From: Polyangiaceae bacterium
Lineage (GTDB): Bacteria; Myxococcota_A; Polyangia; Polyangiales; Polyangiaceae
Assembly: GCA_044222475.1 (NCBI GenBank)
Contig: JBGANF010000141.1
Location: 1-19,799, forward strand
DNA: 19,799 nucleotides
Direction: 5' to 3'
Positions 15,419-19,799 of the stretch are shown here, in pieces (within the stretch, counting starts at the first letter, position 1; each line of letters starts with the position of its first letter). Both the position numbers and the translations under genes were made by a program. The notes under the pieces were generated by a model that searched no databases, was not told where the DNA came from, and saw only the letters and a program-made list of their open reading frames with translations.

Positions 15419-18256
15419 ATGCCCGAGACCCCGCTCTGGAAACGCATCGCCTGGGGAGCGCTCATCCTCTCCGTCGGAGCGATCGGCCTGTGGGCCTACA
15501 CGAAGTACGTCTGGTACGCCGGCCCGACCCTCGCGTGGCACCGCGGTGACAAGGACTACGAGCTCCTCGCCCCGCGCATGCTCGGCATCGCGCTGCTCGC
15601 CCCGTACTTCCTCTGGGTCATCGGCCGATCGCTGGCCGACCTTCCGTGGCCGCAGCGCGTGCTCTCGGTGTTCCTGCGCGTGCTGTTCGTCGCGCTCGTG
15701 GCGCTCGGGTTGTCGCGGCTGGCGCGCACCGCGACGACGCAGAAGATCTGCACGGTCTACATCGTCGACGTATCGGAGTCGGTACCCGACGCCGCCATCG
15801 CGGACGCCCGGGCCGACATCCAGCACGCTCTCGACGAGAAGCCGGAGGACGCGCTCATCCGCGTCATCACGTTCTCTCAGCGACCCCAGGTCGTCCCGAT
15901 CGACGACACGCTGCGCACGGTGCCGGAGCTCAAGCGGCACGACGTCATCGCCGCCGAGGCGAGCGACAAGCCGCTGCCACCGGGGAAGAAGCGGGGCATG
16001 GACGCCGCGACGGACATCGGGTCGGCGCTCCAGCTGGCGTACGGCCTCTATCCGTCCGGCTACCTGCGGCGCGCGGTCATCTACACCGACGGCGTTCAGA
16101 CCGATGGCGACCTCCTCGCCGAAGCGAACCGCGCTCACGACTTCGGGGTGAAGCTCTACACGGTTCCGTACAAGCGGCCGGTCCCGGGCGAGGTCGCCCT
16201 GCGCGAGCTCCGCGTCCCGGACAAGGTCCGGGTCGGCGAGCCGTTCGAGATCCACGCGAACATCTTCTCGAGCCGGCCCCAGCAGGCGAAGGCGGTGCTC
16301 AAGCAGGGCGAGGCGATCAACGGCCTCGACGGCGTGCGCACGATCGACCTCGTCGCGGGCGACAACGACGTCACGTTCAAGAGCGTCGTCCGCGTCGCCG
16401 GCGAGGTGACGTACGAGCTCGACCTGTCCGACATCAAGGAGGACCGTTTCCCCGAGAACAACCGCTACGCGGTGACCGCAGCGGTCCCCGGCAAACCGGC
16501 GGTGCTCTACGTCGAAGGAAACCCCGGACGCGCGTCGTACCTGGCGAGCGCGCTGTCGGCGCAGGACCTCGACGTGAACCCGGTCGGACCGAGCGCGCTC
16601 CCGTCGAGCATCCGCGAGCTCGAGCGCTACGACTTCGTGATCCTCTCGGACGCGCCCGCGGAGGCGGTCTCGCTGGCGCAGCAGGATGCCATCGAGAGCT
16701 ACGTCCGCGATCTCGGCGGCGGCTTCCTCTTCGCCGGCGGAGAGAGCGGCTACGGGCTCGGCGGTTGGTACCACTCGACGATCGAGCGAATTCTCCCGGT
16801 CCGCATGGACTCCGAGAAGCGCAAGGACGAGCCCGGCGTCGCGATGGACCTCGTCATCGACCGCTCCGGATCGATGTCGGGTCAGCCGCTCGAGATGGCG
16901 AAGGCCGCCGCGAAGGCGACGGCCGACACGCTCGACGGCGAGGACCTGCTCGAGGTCATCGCGTTCGACTCCGCGCCGACGCGCGTCGTGAAGATGACGA
17001 GCGCGAAGTACCGCGCGCGCATCCAGGGCGACATCGCGCGCATCCAGCCGGGCGGCGGCACCGAGATCCAGAGCGCGCTCGACGCGGCGTACCAGTCGCT
17101 CACCGTGACGCGCGCGCGCAAGAAGCACGTCATCCTGCTGACCGACGGGCAGGCGCCGCAGGGCACCATCCGCGACCTCGTCCAGGCGATGGTCGCCGAG
17201 GGCATCACCGTCTCGACCGTCGGCCTCGGCAGCGGCGTCGACGAGAACCTGCTGCGGATGATCTCGGATCTGGGCGGCGGTCGCTTCTACAAGGTCCTCG
17301 ATCCGACGCAGCTCCCGCGCGTGTTCACGCGCGAAACCGAGATGGTGAGCCGCAGCGCGGCCGTCGAAGAGTATTTCCAGCCGCGCGTCGTCGCTCCGGC
17401 GGACTTCCTCCGCGGGATCGACATGGGCTCGGCGCCGTTCCTCCACGGCTACGTCGCGACGAAGATGAAGCCGCCGCCGGCCCAGGAGATTCTCCAGTCC
17501 GAGATCGGCGAGCCGATCCTCGCGCGCTGGCACGTGGGGCTGGGCTGGTCGCTCGCGTGGACGAGCGACGTGAAGAACCTCTGGGCGGTCGAGTGGCTCA
17601 AGTGGCCGGTGTACGGCCAGTTCTGGGGCCAATTGGTGCGCGAGCACATGCGCCAGAAGAAGCGCCAGCAGTACGACATGCGCGCGGAGATCGATCCGGC
17701 GACAGGCCACCTGAAGGCGTCGATCGACGCGATCGGCGGCGACGACAAGTTCCAGAACGGGCTCGACGCGAAGCTCGAGATCAAGGCGGCATCGACGACC
17801 GGGGCACCGGGCGAGTCACGCAAGATCTCGATGAAGCAGACGGCACCCGGCCGGTACGAGGTCGATTTCCCGATGGATCACTACGGGTCGTTCCTCTTGC
17901 ACGCATCGCTCGAGAAGTCGGTCGAGGACGGCAAGGGCGGGTTCAAGTCCGCGACCGTCGCCGAGAGCTTCGGCCACGTGTCGAACCCGTACCCGCGCGA
18001 GTACCTCGCGTTCAATGCCGACAAGGAGACACTCGCGCAGGCCGCGATCGTCACTGGCGGCAAGATGGACCCGCTCGCCAAGGAGATCTTCGACCCGGCG
18101 GGGCAGACGATCACGTACCACCAGGACCTGTGGTCGTGGTTCATCGGGGCGGCCATCGCGGTGTACTTGCTCGACCTCGTGATCCGGCGTTTGCGGATCT
18201 TCGATCGCAAGAAGACGATCCGCTCGAGCGCGAGCGTGAAGACCGCGATCGCGTAG
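15419..18256 (+). CDS. Double-VWA membrane protein with Ig-like and glutamine-amidotransferase-like domains
   Basis: Start MPETPLWK at 15419. N-terminal TMs; MIDAS DVSES...TDG and DRSGSM...GGT...LLTDG; YDFVILSD...YVRDLGGGFLFAGG..YG.GGW; PILARWHVGLG..AWTSD; C-terminal TM. Confidence 0.88.
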   Translation: MPETPLWKRIAWGALILSVGAIGLWAYTKYVWYAGPTLAWHRGDKDYELLAPRMLGIALLAPYFLWVIGRSLADLPWPQRVLSVFLRVLFVALVALGLSRLARTATTQKICTVYIVDVSESVPDAAIADARADIQHALDEKPEDALIRVITFSQRPQVVPIDDTLRTVPELKRHDVIAAEASDKPLPPGKKRGMDAATDIGSALQLAYGLYPSGYLRRAVIYTDGVQTDGDLLAEANRAHDFGVKLYTVPYKRPVPGEVALRELRVPDKVRVGEPFEIHANIFSSRPQQAKAVLKQGEAINGLDGVRTIDLVAGDNDVTFKSVVRVAGEVTYELDLSDIKEDRFPENNRYAVTAAVPGKPAVLYVEGNPGRASYLASALSAQDLDVNPVGPSALPSSIRELERYDFVILSDAPAEAVSLAQQDAIESYVRDLGGGFLFAGGESGYGLGGWYHSTIERILPVRMDSEKRKDEPGVAMDLVIDRSGSMSGQPLEMAKAAAKATADTLDGEDLLEVIAFDSAPTRVVKMTSAKYRARIQGDIARIQPGGGTEIQSALDAAYQSLTVTRARKKHVILLTDGQAPQGTIRDLVQAMVAEGITVSTVGLGSGVDENLLRMISDLGGGRFYKVLDPTQLPRVFTRETEMVSRSAAVEEYFQPRVVAPADFLRGIDMGSAPFLHGYVATKMKPPPAQEILQSEIGEPILARWHVGLGWSLAWTSDVKNLWAVEWLKWPVYGQFWGQLVREHMRQKKRQQYDMRAEIDPATGHLKASIDAIGGDDKFQNGLDAKLEIKAASTTGAPGESRKISMKQTAPGRYEVDFPMDHYGSFLLHASLEKSVEDGKGGFKSATVAESFGHVSNPYPREYLAFNADKETLAQAAIVTGGKMDPLAKEIFDPAGQTITYHQDLWSWFIGAAIAVYLLDLVIRRLRIFDRKKTIRSSASVKTAIA

Positions 18257-18285
18257 GCCTCCAGTACGCTCGCGTCCTCGAGCAC

Positions 18286-18375
18286 GTGTACGTTCACGTG
18301 TACGTGTACGTTCACGTGTACGTGTACGTTCACGTGTACGTGTACGTTCACCTGTACGTGTACGTTCACCTGTAC
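18286..18375. repeat. 5 x 18-bp tandem repeat GTGTACGTTCAC(G/C)TGTAC
   Basis: Units start at 18286, 18304, 18322, 18340 and 18358; the last two carry a G>C change. Confidence 0.95.
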
Positions 18376-18428
18376 GAGTGCTCTACGAACACGACTAGGA
18401 GCAGGTGCAGGTGCACGCGAAAAGGAAC

Positions 18429-18524
18429 GTGAACGAGTAGGGGTACGTGAACGAGCACGCGCACGTGAACGGGTACGTGAACGAATACGGGTACGTGAAC
18501 GAATACGGGTACGTGAACGAGTTC
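18429..18524. repeat. Degenerate 18-bp tandem repeat GTGAACGAATACGGGTAC, inverted relative to the 18286-18375 array
   Basis: Six GTGAAC hexamers at 18429, 18447, 18465, 18477, 18495 and 18513. Confidence 0.9.
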
Positions 18525-18533
18525 ATACGGTCG

Positions 18534-19799
18534 TGAGCAACCCGGAACATAGGTGACGTTTTAGACCGGGCACATGGGTGACACTTTTTCCGATCCGCAT
18601 ATCAACCGTAGATCAAAGCGAATTTCGCAGCCTCGAGCGTGAGCAGCGACTTGGTGCTCAGGTCGCACACGCGAAGGCCGACGTGGAGCCCAGCAAGGGC
18701 CGAACTGAGAAAGATGTTGGCGCGCGTCTTCGGTCCACCTCCGAAGTAGATGTGACCGCTCGACCTGACGACACGAACTTCGTCATGCAGCGGGTAAGTC
18801 GGTCGCTTGGCGACATAGGCGCGCGTTGAGGGCTGGTAGTGCCTCGCTGGCGGAGTCTGCTCGAGTGCTTCGTGCGGCCGCTGCTGGTTGTAGATCTCTC
18901 CGAACCGGTCGAACCGTTCCTGTTGCGCCAGCATCGACTTCGCCGCTGGACGCGTTGTTTCCGCCTTGAGCGTGCGGTGCATGCGCTCGTGACGACCGTT
19001 CTGCTCAGGATGACCGGGCTCGATTCGCTCGTGTTTGACCCCAAGAGCGAGCCAGCGAGCCGAGAGCTTCGAGATGCCACAAAGGCCGCGCGACGCGAAC
19101 GGACTGCCGTTGTCACTGCGAATGGCGAGAGGCACGCCGTAGCGGCGAAATGCTTGCTCTAGCTGAACCCAGACGAGCTCCCCGTCGATCCGGTCCATGC
19201 CTTCACACACGAGCAGAAAGCGGCTGTGCGCGTCGGTGACGGTGAGCGGATAGCAGTAGTTGCCGTTGCTCATCTTGAACTGACCCTTGAAGTCGATGCA
19301 CCAAAGGTCGTTCGCCTGCGTCGGGGTGGAGAGCGCGTCGATGGATGCATCAACTCTCCGGCGACGCCTTCGCGGCTGCAGCAGCCCCCGCTTCTTGAGC
19401 AGCTCGCCGATCGTGCTCGCTGCGGGGCACCGAATCTTCTCGTGCTCAAGCAACCACACGCGCAACTTCCGTGGGCCCCAAGTCGGGTGCTTCGTCCGCA
19501 GCGCCACCACGCGGTCGACGACCTCTGCGCTCGTACGGTGCGGGATGTGCGCAGGAGCACTCTTGACGTCGTACAGGCCGACGACGCTCTGCTCCGTGTA
19601 TCTCGCAAGTATCTTGTAGCCGGTCTTGCGGCTGATCCCGAACTCACGACACAGGTCGGTCATTCGTTCCCCCTTCTCCAGGCGAACCACAAACAGCATT
19701 CTCTCGTGCACGTGACAGGTCTCTTTCCAGGGCATCGCCCCGCACAGGTGTCACCTATGTGCCCGGTCTGTCTTGTTACCTAGGTACCCGGTCTGAACC
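18534..19799 (-). mobile_element. IS481-family insertion sequence; the far terminus lies at or beyond the window edge
   Basis: AGACCGGGCACATGGGTGACAC (18563-18584) matches the reverse complement of 19748-19769 at 21/22. Further degenerate copies at 18542-18557 and 19775-19795. TG terminus at 18534. Visibly lower GC than the flanking genes. Confidence 0.88.
18602..19735 (-). CDS. IS481-family DDE transposase
   Basis: MPWKE start, HTH (LCREFGISRKTGYK), WGPRKL, integrase core WCIDFKG / SDNGSPF / QNGRHERMHRTLK, YN..RPHEAL. Confidence 0.93.
   Translation of the reverse strand: MPWKETCHVHERMLFVVRLEKGERMTDLCREFGISRKTGYKILARYTEQSVVGLYDVKSAPAHIPHRTSAEVVDRVVALRTKHPTWGPRKLRVWLLEHEKIRCPAASTIGELLKKRGLLQPRRRRRRVDASIDALSTPTQANDLWCIDFKGQFKMSNGNYCYPLTVTDAHSRFLLVCEGMDRIDGELVWVQLEQAFRRYGVPLAIRSDNGSPFASRGLCGISKLSARWLALGVKHERIEPGHPEQNGRHERMHRTLKAETTRPAAKSMLAQQERFDRFGEIYNQQRPHEALEQTPPARHYQPSTRAYVAKRPTYPLHDEVRVVRSSGHIYFGGGPKTRANIFLSSALAGLHVGLRVCDLSTKSLLTLEAAKFALIYG

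Noticed and set aside
18286..18524. CRISPR array, or a HVYV-repeat protein (ORFs 15646-18432 and 17881-18369)
   Set aside because: The units are contiguous with no unique spacers and there are no cas genes; the peptides are by-products of stop-free hexamer repeats in shadow frames.

Overview
High-GC window whose gene families (MYXO-CTERM-like tails, Cys-rich lipoprotein, hexamer-based intergenic repeats) point to a myxobacterium; this is inference. The left half is on the minus strand. In transcription order it carries a Nudix hydrolase, a plant-NADK3-like NAD(H) kinase, a Cys-rich lipoprotein and a FabH/KAS III. These are followed by a tightly coupled run: a secreted protein (possibly TIMP-like/OB-fold), two tandem matrixin-type metalloproteases, lpxB and an ArnT/GT39-like glycosyltransferase that runs off the window. 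The right half is a plus-strand five-gene MoxR operon: GQ-repeat coiled-coil membrane protein, MoxR, DUF58, BatA-VWA and double-VWA/GATase-like. After it come an inverted pair of 18-bp tandem arrays and an IS481-family element. The most unusual signals are (1) a 264-bp palindromic REP-like element lying in frame inside the signal peptide of one protease, (2) a 76-bp duplication of the fabH 3' end around a 98-bp hairpin cassette, and (3) a possible protease/TIMP-like partner module coupled to lipid A genes. All family calls come from motif recognition by eye; no searches were run.
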